A stretch of 64,000 bases of DNA from Raillietiella orientalis (GCA_036172245.1 JAYWIR010000025.1:1860001-1924000), one strand, 5' to 3'. Shown: positions 49,650-63,000, counted from the first letter of the stretch. Notes: generated by a model from the letters alone, not told the origin. Translations and numbers: made by a program.

Positions 49650-52200
49650 CGTTGCTGGAGATGCCTCTTTCCGCATCATCTGCGTTTCCGGGGACTGGCT
49701 GCGAAAAGAGGGTCTTATGGGAAGGACCCCATCCAGGAATCAAGACCGAGGAACCAAGACCTGTCACTCCCAGCAGGTCTCTGCTGTTTCTCTCAATGCA
49801 GCTGTTCAGGGTTTGCTTCGAATCCTCGATCGTCACTGTCCTCTCAGGGCGACCCAGCCTCAATAACCTAGCATATTCCTCTGGGACCGCTCTCTTCTCT
49901 CTCTGCTTTTTCTCCTGGTTCGAAGATGGCGTGCCCGAAGGAGAATTCGCTGCTGACATCCATTGCCTCGGCGGACGTTTGGTAATAGCTGTTGCGTCTG
50001 GGTCTCCTGGTTTCGCGGACTTGGGAGAGGGGGGGGAAGTGATGTGGTGTCCGGGTCAGCTAAATAGGACGGGCATTGAGGAGGCAAGCGGAACAGAATG
50101 CTGATAGTGATGGCGCGGACGAGCCATCGGTCGTTCCCGCGAGCCGTCAGAAAAGAGAATGCCGGAGACCCCGGAGATAAGGAGGCCGCAGCCGTATTGA
50201 TGGTGATGCCATCTCGGTCAGGCGCCTCAAGTTTGTCATTTTCCGAAAGGAGGGGCGGAGAGCGACGAGGTGCGCTCGTTGGAACGAACGGGGGACAAAA
50301 CCCCTTCTCAACTTCGGGAAACTCCCTTCACCCTCATCCACGGGCGCAGGGAGCGGCTCCGCCTCTACTGCCTTCGAACCTCAAGCCAGAATACGCTCCG
50401 TGAGCGCTTTCTCGCCGTGGGCGGGCTGCCCGGGCGTCTCGCAAAGGCTCTGAGCCGCAGGAACCTTTCCCCGCTCCACCTCCTTCTCTTCCGTCCCGTC
50501 CGACCTGATCATGACGTGCGAAAGTCGTGCCGCGTCTTGGGGTCTCTCCCACTCACGAAGGACCACGATTCGAGCTGCTCATTAACTAGAGATGACTCCT
50601 GCTAATGGAAGTGGGTGCGAGTGCGGATCCCCTCTTGGGGGAACGGAGCGCGAACCTTTGCCTTTGCTGCTTCCGGTCGATAAGAAGCGGTGTGGTACAG
50701 AGGACTGCACCCTTCCCCCGTCTGTGCCGGAATTCTTCGGCAGGAAATCACGAAAGAATAGAAGCCCACTTTGTGGCCCGGAAGGGCCAAACTCCCTCTT
50801 CCATTTATTTCTCGAAGCGCCGAATCTCTGTCGACTCCTCGCGACCTCATGCAAGTTCCTCACGTGTTCCGGCCGCGGCGATGGGCCAGAAAGCCATGGT
50901 TGCTGCATCAGCAGGCACTGTAAGAAAATCAACTGAAGCTGGAAGAGAAATTGCACAAGCTCAAGGAACTGATTACCTCTTCCCGGATTTTTTTGCGGGA
51001 AGGCCGAGAATCGTTGATTGGTCGCGGAGCTCTCGGAAGGAAAAACAGGCCGACGTCTGCTGCTCTACACAGGGAGAGCACTTCAGAATGTCGCTGCGAC
51101 TGAGTTTGGAAGAGGAGGATTCTGGGGACTTCTCCAGAATCCTCTTGCTCCAGCGTCTAACCTCAGCCCTCAACTTGCCGGGACATCCGCTCATATGACT
51201 GCTCTTTTCGTCTTAGCCTCCATTGCGGCGAGCAACAGCTTTGGCTGGTCGTGGGCCTCCATAAGAATTTGGCACAGGTCAGAGATTCCTCTATCATCTG
51301 GAGATTTTGGATTTCACCCGCGACCGGCTGGTGATCCCGGGAAGAACTGGCGGATGCGCGGCATTCCAGGGTCAGATGCATGGCTACTTCGGCGCCCACC
51401 AAGGTCCCTCGGTTCCCTGCTTCCGAATTCAGGGAAAGGATAGGACCGAAATGATCCGTGTAACCGGGGAGAAATTCTTTCCGTTCTTTTGCATCCTTGC
51501 TGATTTCTTCATCGGTGGAGGATTGTTCCCGGCAATCGGTCTCTTGAGAAAGTTCTTTTGAGAAAGGGGTCATCGGGTCGAATTTCTAAGAACACTCGCC
51601 ATCTTCAGAATGCTTCCGATTGGTGGCTTTCCGATTCTGCTCCTGGGGTATCGAACCAACAACCACCTTCGAGAGCTTCCTCTCTTTGTCTTCCGGGAGG
51701 CGGTTTTCGAAACCCAGGACGCAGAAGGCGGCGAAATTCGAGAGGGATGCCCCAGTCGATGCCGCCAAATCCGCCCAAGAGAAAAGAGGTCTGGATATGA
51801 GCAGGATTTCTTCAAGCTAATGAGCGGTGCACTTGGCTGCGAGTAAAGCTTGCAAGAAAATCTCCAAACTGGGAGGATGGCAGCTTGGCTGCTTGTGGAA
51901 TGCTGCAGGTGTGCTACCTTCGTCCATTTGTTCCCTGCTGGAAAATGGACAGCTCGTTTCCGCCTCCTCTCTGCTGAATTCCCGCACGGCGTCGAGGCCG
52001 CTCGCTGCAGTACTCTCCCGAGCTTCGTACACGGCACCTCTTGCGTCTACGGCTACTTTCTCTCCTTGCGTAGTGCGTGTTTGCTTGGTCGGCTGGTCGC
52101 CTCTTCTGCAACTACCAGAAAAGCACAGAAGTCCACCCTGGAGTGGCAAGGAAGGATCATTCCTCGTTTCTTGTCGAGCGTGTTCATGTGGAAACCTGGT
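49650..52200 (+). mobile_element. Decayed Ty3/gypsy pol fossil (RT, RNase H, integrase)
   Basis: Ordered motifs: 'IHCLGGRLVIAVASGSPGFADLGE' at the YLDD position; 'LRERFLAVGGLPGRLAKALSRRNLSPLHLLL' (LRRFLG..GYYRRFI...S....PL..LL); 'RDRLVIP...QMHGYFGAHQG' (H2C2); 'GKWTARFRLL...AARCSTLPSFVHG'. Confidence 0.55.
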
Positions 52201-52290
52201 TAGCTGGATGAACATTGCTCCAGCAGCCAGATCACACTGCTTTCTTTTCATCTTTTCTGTTGCTGTGGAAGGTTATTGATGCCTGCAAGT

Positions 52291-52344
52291 CTTGGATCGC
52301 CCTTCTTCCCCACTGTTCTTGGATCGCCCTTCTCCCCCACTGTT
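52291..52344 (+). repeat. 27-bp tandem duplication
   Basis: CTTGGATCGCCCTTCT(T/C)CCCCACTGTT twice, with one mismatch. Confidence 0.95.
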
Positions 52345-52789
52345 TGGTTCGGCTCCTCTCAGCCACAAGCGCAACACCTCTGTGTCACCTAAGAGTCTGA
52401 TCCGGAATGGGGGAGAGAGAACCATTCTTTTGGAGTTCTTCGGGATTATGCGTCCTTGTCTTGTTGTCCTTGTCTTTCACGGACGAATAAGTCCCTCTCT
52501 CCGATTCGCTTGTCTGAATCCTTCAGGTGTTCCTTCTGCTTTACCTGTGACTGAGACCAGGAAAAGACGAAACGCTTCGCTTCCTGCACATCATAGATGA
52601 CGAGGGCTCAATCCTGGAGGTCCATGCAAGCGCCCTCATCTTTGGGGCATTTCCTTGCCCTAGAGTTGGCTAAACTTGCTCTTCTTCTTCCTCAAGTTCT
52701 TTTGTGTCCGCGATGCTCTTAGGCTCCGTGTCCTGTGCGGTTAAAGGAAAAGGAAAGCACCACTTACTCCACATCTTCAGATGTTGGAG

Positions 52790-53473
52790 GTCATTCCCTC
52801 TTTTGCTTGAGATGTCCGGCATCAGCACAGCGCAACAGCCAAGAGCTTCGATCCAGTGTGTGCATCCCAGAAGGTCGCATTCGATGGGGGAGTCTTGAAT
52901 GCTGTTCGGGAACGCCCGCTGTGCCAACTTCCATTCCGGAGGTGACTCGGGATTCTTTCTTCGTTGCTTCTGACCCGTCTTCAGCTATCGCAATGACCCC
53001 GGAAAGAGGGTTGCCCACTTAGGCGTCGGCATTTTCGACCTCGTCGAGATTGTGACGACTTGGTCCGGTGTTCGAGAGGACTGCGGATGTGCAAATGGGG
53101 TGTTATGATCCCAGACGGATAGCCTCGAATGGATTCTCCGACCGCAGCGGTTGCCTCTGCGTTTGTTTACGCGGACGCTGGAAGCGAAGTTCCAGGCACG
53201 CAGAGGGCGACTTTCCTCAGCAACCGTGGCATCCTCTGCCGACGCGATTTCTCCATTCTGGATTGCTGGACCCCTTAGCGCTCCAGAATCGCAGCCGCTG
53301 CCGGTTGTCGGGGGCATCCGCGGAGATCCGGTTTCTTGTAGAGAAACCACCTCTTCCGCTTCCGCTACTCCCGTAAGGGGCACCAGAAGGACGCCTTGTG
53401 GTGAGAGAGGGAGGTTCTGAGCTGCGGCTCGCAGTCCAACAGAGCTCCTCCACTTCTGACGGACTCTGCCCAC
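52790..53473 (-). mobile_element. Decayed gypsy-like integrase core
   Basis: ORF 52985-53473 contains 'NLPLSPQGVLLVPLT' (GPLP.S..G..YIL), 'LSVWDHNTPFAHPQSSRTPDQVVTI' (LGI.H..T.PYHPQSNG..ER...TI) and 'KWATLFP'. Confidence 0.55.
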
Positions 53474-53859
53474 CTGCCTGTTGAATCTCCACCTTCTCTC
53501 ACTTCAGTAGCCGGCTGCTCCTTGTATCGGAGAGATGAACTCTCGTCTCCGCCTCTGAACCTCCCTACGTGCGGGCACCTACTGCGCACGTAGACAACAC
53601 CCGAAACCCCTGAGTCAGTCCTTCTCTATAGACGAGAGCAGCGGATCCCCTCTCGGTCCTGAGCCATCTGTATCCCTCGCGTAAGTCGCCATGTCGGGGC
53701 GACGAGCGATTCTGGCGTGGTGGCGCGTCCCCAGGTCCGGAGGACAGGAGCGCCATCGTCGTCGCGAGCATGAGAGGGCCGTCTCTTCGCTTCTTGCGCT
53801 CTCTAGCGCAAGCGCATCGACCGGCAAGGAAACCGGGCTCACCCGAGCGCTGCTTCCAG

Positions 53860-54046
53860 GAAACGCCACCAGGTACTGCAATGGCAACGGCACGTGGGAC
53901 AAGGCGAATTACAGCCAGTGTCTCCCCATGACGGACTGGTACGAGAGCACCAAATCTGAGTCGAACACCGTCTGGGTCAGCTGCATTGGCTACGGAGGAT
54001 CTCTCCTGTTTCTGTCCGTGGCGCTGATCGTCTTCTTGAGCTTCCA
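53860..54046 (+). CDS. Dh44-R: CRF/DH44 receptor-like class B GPCR: exon for end of extracellular domain and TM1
   Basis: Acceptor CTTCCAG at 53859. Translates NATRYCNGNGTWDKANYSQCLPMTDWYESTKSESNTVWVSCIGYGGSLLFLSVALIVFLSF, with the class B motifs RxC..NG.W...NYS.C and GY..SL..L..AL..F. Donor CA|GTAAGT is phase 2. Confidence 0.95.
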
Positions 54047-54439
54047 GTAAGTAGAGACTTCCATCCTCCTTTCCTTTCCTCTCCTCCGCGTGCCGCAAGG
54101 TTCGACGATCACCGTTGGGGATGGAGGCTAGGCGGGAGGCACAAATCGGCGTCCTCCTCGTATCCCGCTAAGACATCACCACCGCTCAGCCTCTCAGGTG
54201 CCTTCCTCACGTACGAAAAGAGCACGCGCAATACTGCGGGAGGACGCAGGAGATCGAGATGTTTGGGTTGAACCAAAATGAGGGAAGCAGTAGATCCCTC
54301 GAAGAACAGGCACACACGCGGTGACCTGCAGTAGGACGCGTTTTCCTCTGACGACCCGCGAGGAGTCTGGACGACCAATGATCGTCTTGTCGCCGCGTGT
54401 GAACGTGAAACCAGCTGGAAACGAGGACAGAGAGGATGA

Positions 54440-57270
54440 GAAAGAGGGGTCTCCACGATTCTTGCGCAAGTCTCGAATACAAAAGGGGTCTTTCCCCAGA
54501 GATGGATCAGGTGAACCCCGTCTTCACCTCCAGAAATTCCCGCTATGCTCTTGCTTTCCGAGCGCCGCGAGAAGACCGTCAGCTCTTCGAGTTCCGGGAG
54601 CACTTACCAACGGAAAAGACGTTCCTGACCGCAAGCCTTACTTTCTCACTCCTGGAGGGGTGAGTGGAGATTCGACACCTTCCCTTTGTCGGCACGGCCC
54701 TTCCCGGTCCCCCACACGATCAAAAACTACACCAAGCTGGCCTCCCCTGTCAAGGGAATGTCTCTCGTGGGGCGCGCCTCCGGGAGTCTAGAAGAAAGAC
54801 GGAGGAGGAGGGAGCGGTTTTCGAGGGGGTCTTAACGTGCTGCGAGAACAGGCGTTCGCGGCAAGCACTCCAGGGGGCAAGACTTTCAAGCAGGATCCAG
54901 GCCTACCGTTTTTAAGGAAAGCCAGATTCCTCCGGTCTGCCTTGGAACCTCCGAGGTGCGGGAAAGAGAACCCGCCGCGCCGCACCTTCTCTCATCGTCC
55001 CTTCTCGTTGCTCGCCGCGCAAGCAGGAAACCTTCTGGGCGGTCAGTCGGACAGACGATCCGCGGAGAGCCAGGAAGACCATAGGTCGGCTTCTGGTCTC
55101 AGGCTGCAAAGCAGAAATAAAGAATCCGTCGTTGGGTGCTCTGATGCCCGGAGGTCACCGGCACTTTGCTCCTCCTCCAGTCCCGCTCGCGTTCTATCGA
55201 GTGGTTGCCCCTGGGAAAGAGTACGCGTTGACTTTTGCTTCCTCACCCAATAACCTAACCAGCCTAATCCCAACCTAATCTTCTTTCTCACCCTCAAATC
55301 CTTGCTCTAGAAGACTTTTCCCAGGAGCGGCATCTCGGCGGGCATCCGAGGCCCAAGACCTCTTCCTCCTCACCATTCTCCAGATCACCATCCCTCCAGC
55401 ATCCTTCGGTGTGTTCTCCCGATTGCCGGTGGCCACGGAAGCGGTCGACCTCACCGGAGGGAGGAACATCGCCGAGACTTTGTCCAATTTCCGCGGAGGG
55501 AGAGGCAACTGAGAGAGAACTGGAGCGAACCAGCGGGAAGAACAGGCGGCCATTCTGGAATAAATTCGAGAGTTCCTGGTCTTCCGATCCTCTTTCAAAC
55601 CTCCCTTTCCATCTCCCATCTTTTCCGCCCCCTGCTCTATTTCCTCTGTTGATCGAGGACCACTGGCTCCCGTTTTTCTTGCGCAGCCCTCTTCATCCAA
55701 CCTATCGGTTCGCCGTGTCTCCTGGTGGTCGTTCCTACGCGGTGGCTGGGGAGAGTATGGTTAAGGAATGCTCTCATACCAGGCACCTTTTGGAATCAGG
55801 TGACTGACGCTTCCTAGGAGTCAGCCGGTTCGGGCAGGGACTTGGGGAAACGATGGGACGCTGGTTCGCTTCCATTTTCGACTGGGGAGCCCACGTTCCC
55901 ATTTGCGAACCACTTCTCACAGCGAGCACATCTTCATCAGAGTCCCGGAATGGTGGATGGTTCACAGACGAATTCCGGGGAAGCATATGATGAGTCGGCA
56001 CTAAGCAACAGAAGTCCCGCGTTCAACCCAGCACTCATAAGGAGCCATCAAGCGGGAGGGGCAGAGAGCGTTCCCTTGCAGCCCATGGAGGGAAGGCGGG
56101 TCGTGGATGGATGAGCGGGCGTCGAACGTCTGAACCAACCTTCTGTTTCGCCCTGGCGTCGGGTTGGGTGTGAAGACCCTAGCAGCTCCTCCACCGCGCG
56201 CGAGTGCAAGCGAGGTGTTCTTGTCTGCGAACTCTTTTTGCAGCAGCTCGAGTGGGTTCTCTCGGACTCGCGCACCGGAAGGTGCTGGCTGGCAGCCGGT
56301 GGCTTCTCAGCAAAGTCTACTGGGAAACCATCTTCCCGATGCGGTGCGCTGCATCTCGACTAGCTTTGCTTCCGGAGAGAGACGATGTCCTGGCAGCTCT
56401 TTGACACTGTTGCATGCCACTCGAGGGTGTGTGTGGTAACTCTTCAAGATAGGGAGTTCCCCGGGAGGGGACCACCCCATGAATCCAGGAAGAGTTCAGA
56501 AGAAAGGAGTCTGTTACTCTCACGCATGAGCGGGATCCCCGAAGGGAACACGCTCTCTCCCTGGTTGTCTCCGAAGGGGATCTCCTCCCTTATTCCCTTC
56601 AAAGGGACCTCCAGAAGGGGGTCACCCCATTTTGCCTTCCCCGAAGGGTCCCGAACGAAGAGCCGTGGACGATGGGCGTCCCAGACTGGAGGCGCGAGCG
56701 AAACAACGGGAATCTGTCAAAGCCGACCCGGCGCACTCGTCCTTTCGCGAGGACTCTTCGCCGTGCTGCCTCCGCGTGAGGCGGACTCCAAAGGCAGGCA
56801 GGCAGCCGGAGCCGAGCACGAGGAAACCCGCGCAGCCTCCACGTCTTGATCTCCGCGAAATGGCATCCCGGTTCTGTCAGTGGAAAGGAGGGAGAGAAAG
56901 AAAAATTCGATCCCATGCCCGCTCGGGGGGAACAGGGGAACGCGGAGGCAGGAAGTTGAAAGAAGCGAATCTGACCCCGTTTCGGAATCGGAATCGGAAT
57001 GACATCGCGGTTCGAAATGGGGGGTGGGGGTGGAGGTGGAGGTGGAATAAAGGGGTCGGGGGGATTCCGCCGGAGGAAGGGCGCATCAGAAACAAGGATC
57101 AGCTTCAAGATGAAAAACTTGCAGTCCACAGAACGAGTCGTATCGGAGAGTCTCTGCGAGCACGGCGCTTTCACGGGGGGTTTCAACAGTTTCGGGAATG
57201 ATTTTCTGGGAAGAAGGAGGGAGAGGAAAGAGAAAAATGGCTTCCCCGATATGTCCTCCTAAAGGGGTTC
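54440..57270 (+). mobile_element. Decayed Ty3/gypsy pol fossil interrupted by SINE copy C
   Basis: 'SRNSRYALAFRAPREDRQLFEFREHL' is RT-start-like and 'LAHRKVLAGSRWLLSKVYWETIF' is H2C2-like. After the SINE, 'RVVSESLCEHGAFTGGFNSFGNDFLG' and 'SPICPPKG' are core-like. Confidence 0.4.
56392..56655 (-). mobile_element. SINE-like repeat, copy C (3' portion only)
   Basis: GGTAACTCTTCAAGATAGGGAG...ATGAATCCAGGAAG...CTGGTTGTCTCCGAAGGGGA matches the reverse complement of 24885-25073 and, directly, 19741-19900. Confidence 0.65.
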
Positions 57271-59979
57271 GCATTCCCTGAAGATTTGAATACTCTATAA
57301 TTTTTTATGCCCGAGTTCACATGAATTCTTCCCAGAGGACAGTTCATTTTTCAATACTCCGCATTTCTTTTCTCAACCTGTCTCCCCAGCTGCTTGCAGG
57401 AACTGCTGCTGGTGTTTGTTCCCATTTTTTACTGAGTCCTCGCTTAAGCGGTGGTAGGTCTTCCATACCTTGTGTGCTTCTCGTTTCGAGGAAGGAATCT
57501 GAGACTCTTGAGTGATCTCCCTCAGGCGCGTGACCGGGTCACGGACGCGTCGTGGTAGCATCATGTACATCGATCCTTCCCCTGCTGTGGCTGTGGCCCG
57601 CCTCCTACGTAGGAAGCCTTCACATTCCAGTCCACGCGGCGGCCACCGCAGCGTGGACCCCTTGCTGGAAGCCTGCTGTCGGAGTCGCTCCTTGAACATC
57701 GCCTGCCGAAGGGCTTCCGTTTGTTGGTCCCCTCTTCGATCTCGCTTATGCTCGGACTAAGCTTTTATTCTGTCGAGGGAGAAGATCCATACCCCACCTT
57801 CCCCCGCGTGGCCTGCAGCAGGATCTGTTCGCGTGCGAGAGCGGAACTTCGGCTTGGACCGGTAGCGCAGCCGTGAGGAGGGAGGGACCCCACTTGAATC
57901 TTGATCAGATAGTCAAAACCGAACTCCCCAGCCTCTCAACCAACAAACAGTACGGACATGACTTTTGTGGAGGTTGCGGTTTGGCATATACAAGGGTGGA
58001 TATCGGAAAGCCGCCGTGTGGCCACGGCGTCCTCTCGCGGCCCCAGGGGCTGCTTCGGCTCGAGACACCCGCGGAAGATCAATGCCGGGCTGGATACATC
58101 CTGTCGCAGGTTTGGAGTCTATTCATGAGGTGACCTGGAATCGCTCGGACTTCGGGTGCTCATTGGCAAGAAGAGCTCCGTCCGAGGCCGGATGCCCCGT
58201 TGACTCGTCGGAAAGCGGCCAGCCTTCCACGTGTCCCCTGCCCGCTTATCGCGCATCTCGGACAGCTCCGTGAATGCTACCCCACATGGCAGCGTTGTGG
58301 AGCTCCTCCCTTGCCCCTATGGGGTGAAGTCAAGGCTCTTGAGTGCTTGCAGAAGCCTACCCACCCACCCCCTGAAGAAAACAGCCACAAGGACGTGGCA
58401 CGCAGAAGAGTACGAGGGAAGGTGCCAAGTGGGATCGAACGCAAGGTGGAACCCCCGAGGTCGGTCACACAACACTGGCATGACCTTGTGCGAAGGGCTG
58501 GAATTTCTGTCGTCGAAACTTTTCCAATGCAGTCAGCGAAACCCAATCTCTTCTGGTCCCTTTCGAACTCTTGCTCTTCGAAGTGGTTCGCTCTCTTCCA
58601 CTCCCAGCCTAAGAAGGCTGGCTCTGGAGCTGCTTCGTTCGAATGTGCGACTGTGGTCTCCGGAAGCCGTGATCACGGCCGAAGAAGGACGGAAGGAAGG
58701 GGAAACGAGGGAGAGGCGGGAGCAGGCGGCCTGTCGCTCGGGTCTGCTGTTGTTAGGCTCGCTGCTTTGGTGAGTCGCGGGGAAACGGGGGAGCTGCGGA
58801 CGCCAGGAAAATCTGGAGGGAGCTCGCACGCATACCACGGGTCTTCCCTGCAAGTCTGGTCTTCACGAAAGGAGGTTCGAATTGGAACCAAAGGCAATTG
58901 CCCAGGAGTTTCTTGAGGGTTTCCAACATGAAAGTGCACGACGCGAAACGCACGGAGCGTGTTCTTCCTCTTCTACCCGGTGTACTCCTCCGTTGCCCGA
59001 GCGGTTCCTTCCCGTCGTGCGCTTCCCTTCCAGAAGTGAACCCTAGGTGGCTGCGGTCTCGCTGGCGGGTGTCTTCGTGACCTTGACTTCGAGGTCTTCG
59101 CAAAAGCCGTTCTCTGCGGCTCTGCTGTCGTCACGCAGGGGAGGGTATTTCGGGGAGGTGGAAGTCTTTTGCGTTCGGGAGAGAGCAGCAGCGACGGAGG
59201 CGCCGTACGCAAAGCCGAGACGCCTCCGTGCGAGGGGTCTGTTCCCGAAGGGAAGCGATGCATTATTCAAGAGGGAATCGTAGTCCTCCGGTCGCTCCCG
59301 GAGCCGCCCGAACGAAACGAATTCTGCCGTTTGCCGTGGACGCGAGTGGTACGTGAGGACGAGGTTGGTTTTCCCTCCTCGCGTTTCGAGTGGTGCATGA
59401 CAGACAAATCTCGGGCGGGACACGCACTCTCACATACGCGGGGATGATCCCCCCTCCTACATTTCTTCTTCCACGGATACATCTGTTCCCACTCGGTTCT
59501 ATTTCTGCCGCCACTAGGCCTTCCGACTGCATTTTTCTTTCCTCCTCCTTGCTTCCTCCCCCCCTCCTCTTTTCCGAGTGGGTGAGAGCGGTTTTATTTT
59601 TCATTTCCATGAGTCCTGACGAACCGGTCATCGGAAGAATTTGAAAACGGTGGGGAATGGAAGCTGAGGGGGACGGGAGAGGGGGGGGGGAGAGGGGAAG
59701 GCACACTTGCAGTTTTCAGAAAATTCGGAAGTTTTGTTCCAGGCTCTGTTCCAGCCCTTCGCCGGTTGTGTCCTATGCGTTCGGAGCACCGTTGCTGCGG
59801 AGGACGCAACCGGCGAAGCTTCCCCGCACTGGAAGAGCTCGAGGCAGGTAGCTGGGTAAACACGAGGTCGCGGGTTGCCCGTAAACCGAGAGCGAAAGCG
59901 CACGTGGAGCTAGCAGGGGCCTGTCTCAGAGAAGGGGTGCATTTCCTGACCAGAAACAGTCACCATCCCTCTGTTTCAG

Positions 59980-60073
59980 GGAGCTGAAGTGTTTGAGGAA
60001 CAGCATCCACCTCAACTTGCTACTCACCTTCTTCTGCGCGGATTTGGCTTTCGTCGGGAGCACCGTTTCTCAG
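59980..60073 (+). CDS. Dh44-R: CRF/DH44 receptor-like class B GPCR: exon for ICL1 and TM2
   Basis: Acceptor TGTTTCAG at 59979. The phase-2 join gives Q-ELKCLRNSIHLNLLLTFFCADLAFVGSTVSQ, containing the LxCLRNxIHxNL hallmark of CRF/DH44 receptors. Donor CAG|GTGAGA. No TM3 exon was found before the window end. Confidence 0.95.
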
Positions 60074-63000
60074 GTGAGATATCACGGTCCTAGACCGCGT
60101 TTCCTTGGGATAGACCCCGGGCTGGGAGCCGCAAGCGATCCGGGAAAAGGCCTTGCATATAGAGCGCCGCAGTGCACCGCCCGGTCTGTTTCCTCTGACC
60201 CCGGCAGCGTTTCAAGTGCTCCCTCTCCTCCCGCAAGCGACGGCGGCAGCGCGCGTCTTCCTCACGACCGTCCAAGGAGGAACCTCAAAGGGGAGAGCCG
60301 CGGGCACTTCTGACACGGCGAGGGGCTCTTGCTACTTTCCTTTCGCACGAAGTCTGCGAAGGACCTCGGCGTGATATCTCGTGTTCCTGGGTACAAGGGG
60401 CTGAGGTCTTTGGAAAGCAGGATCCGGCGTCTCAGGGTCTTCGTTTACTCCTCTACCCTCTTCACCACCCCCGACCCCTCATCCTTCCTTAAAAAAGAAA
60501 AGTAGGAGGAGGCTGTGGATTTCCCGAACACCCTTGAAAACGCGAACTTCACCAACTCGCGCGCGCGTTCTCGCCAAAGACTTGCTAACGGCGACGAAGA
60601 TCTTCCTCGGATGCAGATCGATTTGCAAATCCTGGCATGAAGTTCCTGCGGAGCGTTTCCGGAGCATAAAAATTGCTTTGGGGAATCCGCGCTTCTCTTC
60701 CTCATTGACTACCACACGCAACCGATTAGAGTTCGAAGAAGAGCAATATTTCTTCCTCAGAGTACGCCAGTGACAAAAGGACGGGGCGACTCCTCTTGCG
60801 AAATATCCGGCCGATTCGACTCGGCCGATCTAAGGACCTCCAGGAATCTGGAAGTAGCGAATGGGAACACCAGGAACAAATCGCTTGTTTTCCTTATGCA
60901 ACAGGGCAGCACTAAAGGGAGCTTAGGGGAGATTCGTTCCCGGTTCAAACATCCTCTGTCGAAGGGATCCGCCTCCATCCCGTCCCCTTTTTTTTTTTTT
61001 ACCCCTCGCGGCAGAGAGGACGGCATTCATCTTTAAATAGATAGCAGCTGTGAAGATAGGCCTCTTGATCCGTTGCGGGGGACTCGGGCACGCCGACCTG
61101 GCGGGATACTTGGCGGGAAAGGCAGAGCGCTGCTTTCCCGCACTCGGACAAGAGGAAGTAGAATGAAGGGTGCTGGTGACCTGGCCGGAAGAAAGAAAAA
61201 CCTGAGATCCACACTTGACAGAGGACATGCACGCTAACCAACGACTCTCGGGACGACTGTCAACAGGCGTTTAAAGCGGCGTGAAGACCGGCTGCTCGCG
61301 GTCTCCATTAGCAACCCGAAGGGACCGGAGGCGGATCCCAACAGAGGGTATGCGTTCCGGTTCGGGGACACTCAAACGAGCACGGCAGTGGGACAGCTTC
61401 CTTTTCTGCTGCTCCTTTTGAAGCGAGAGGAGGGAGTCTTGCGTGCGGGTCGGTCCTCGCTCCGCGCTTATGCATTGATGAAGGACGAATCCTTCCCTCA
61501 TGGGGCCGATGCACAGCAAAAGATGAATTATTCTTCCCAGAGGCCTACTTGGCAGCAAGAAGCATCATTCCAGAGGCACTCATTTATTGATTAGAGGGAA
61601 TGCTTCATTATTCAAGACTGTGGTACGTGGTAACCACTCGTAAAGGGTCACTTGCTTTCTTAATCGGGAACACCGTAGAACCACAAGGATAACTGCGGGA
61701 CGTGATCGGCCGCGCGCGCTGCGGGAACGAATTTCCGGCGCGGAGGAGCATGCAAGAAAATTATCCGCTGTTCCTCTTTCTTACTGGCAGCAACAGCGAA
61801 AGGAGATCTCCAGAAAGAACGCCACCGGTAACAACAGCAACTTCGAAAAGCAAAACCACGATTTCTTTTTTTTCTCTCTCTCCCTTCCTCCGTTTCGAGT
61901 TCCTCAAGGGAGGAAGAGACAGATGGAAGGTATCTCGATAGAAGGAGTGTCTCGTTTCTGTGTCGAAGTTTCAGAGATGATCCGAACCAAGAGGGGTGGG
62001 CAGCTGGGGAAAAATGGTCGTCTCCCCTCGCTGAGCTCCTCACGGATTCCCGATCTCGACTTGAAGAACTCCGGTGCTTCGTGGAATGTTTCAGGCAAGA
62101 AGGTGCAGTCGGTTCGGAGATGCAAGAAAGATGGAATTTTTCCCTGAAGCAGCAGAATCTTGCTTCTTTTCCTTGAGGCCGGGAGTCCTCTGGGTTTGAA
62201 GGAACTCGGCTGAAAGCTCCAGCGAGTTCTGGAACCGTTTCCTGGTAGCTGGATCAGGATGGACGAGGTGTTTTTCGTTTCTTCGCCCCAGCACACCCGC
62301 CTCTCGACACGTCCTCTCGAAGACGCGCGCTTCTCGAAAGTCGAGGGCGGTTTCTCTTCGTCTGCAGAAGAACGTGAAGAAACAGTCCGTCCAACAGGCT
62401 GCTGTTGCAGATCAACTCTTTTTTTCGGCAAGGTGGAAAATTTTTTTAACGTTTTTCTCCACTAGCAAAGAGTGACCACGAAAGTGCCGACCAAAAAAAG
62501 AAAACGAAAAAGTTCGAGTGTCTAGCGACGGCAAAGCCCGGAGGGGCCAAGGAGTCCTCGAGCTCACCGAACTACGCGGAGTCCGGAGAGGAAGAGGAAA
62601 AGGAGGCGAGTTGGGAGGAAAAAAGGAGGCCCCATGCGCCGTTTGAGAACGCCCTTGAGGCAGCATTCAAGGAATCAACAAACTGAACATTTCGCTCAGA
62701 CATTTTCGCTCAGAGATGAGTGCTTGGCGCATCACTCGGAGCGCACCTGCGATATACACCATTCACGGAACGCGCGGCGTGCTGGAGGTGTTCGCGGGGC
62801 ACGTGGTCCGCGGCAAGAGGAAGACCGTGGCTTTCACGTGGTGTGCTCCCCGAAGCGGCCAAGGAGGACTGTGACCTTCGAGACTGCGGTCATTAGCGAC
62901 GAAGAGAAGAATGGACAAGAGCGAGTTGGTTCCTCTTGATTGTCGCCCGTCTCGCGAGAAAGGAGGACGAGAGCTTCTGGAGCTTGTGGTCGGTCGTCAG

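Noticed and set aside
52291..52344. 27-bp direct repeat as a CRISPR-like array
   Set aside because: Two adjacent units with no spacer, in eukaryotic DNA with no cas genes.
55750..55826. Three consecutive short hairpins suggesting a structured RNA
   Set aside because: Stems are 5-8 bp with no recognisable family motif, and they lie inside a gypsy fossil.
57950..58560. CR1/L2-like C-terminal motifs in ORF 58200-58916
   Set aside because: Only loose resemblance (AHLGQLRECYPTW, KALECLQK); no RT core was found.
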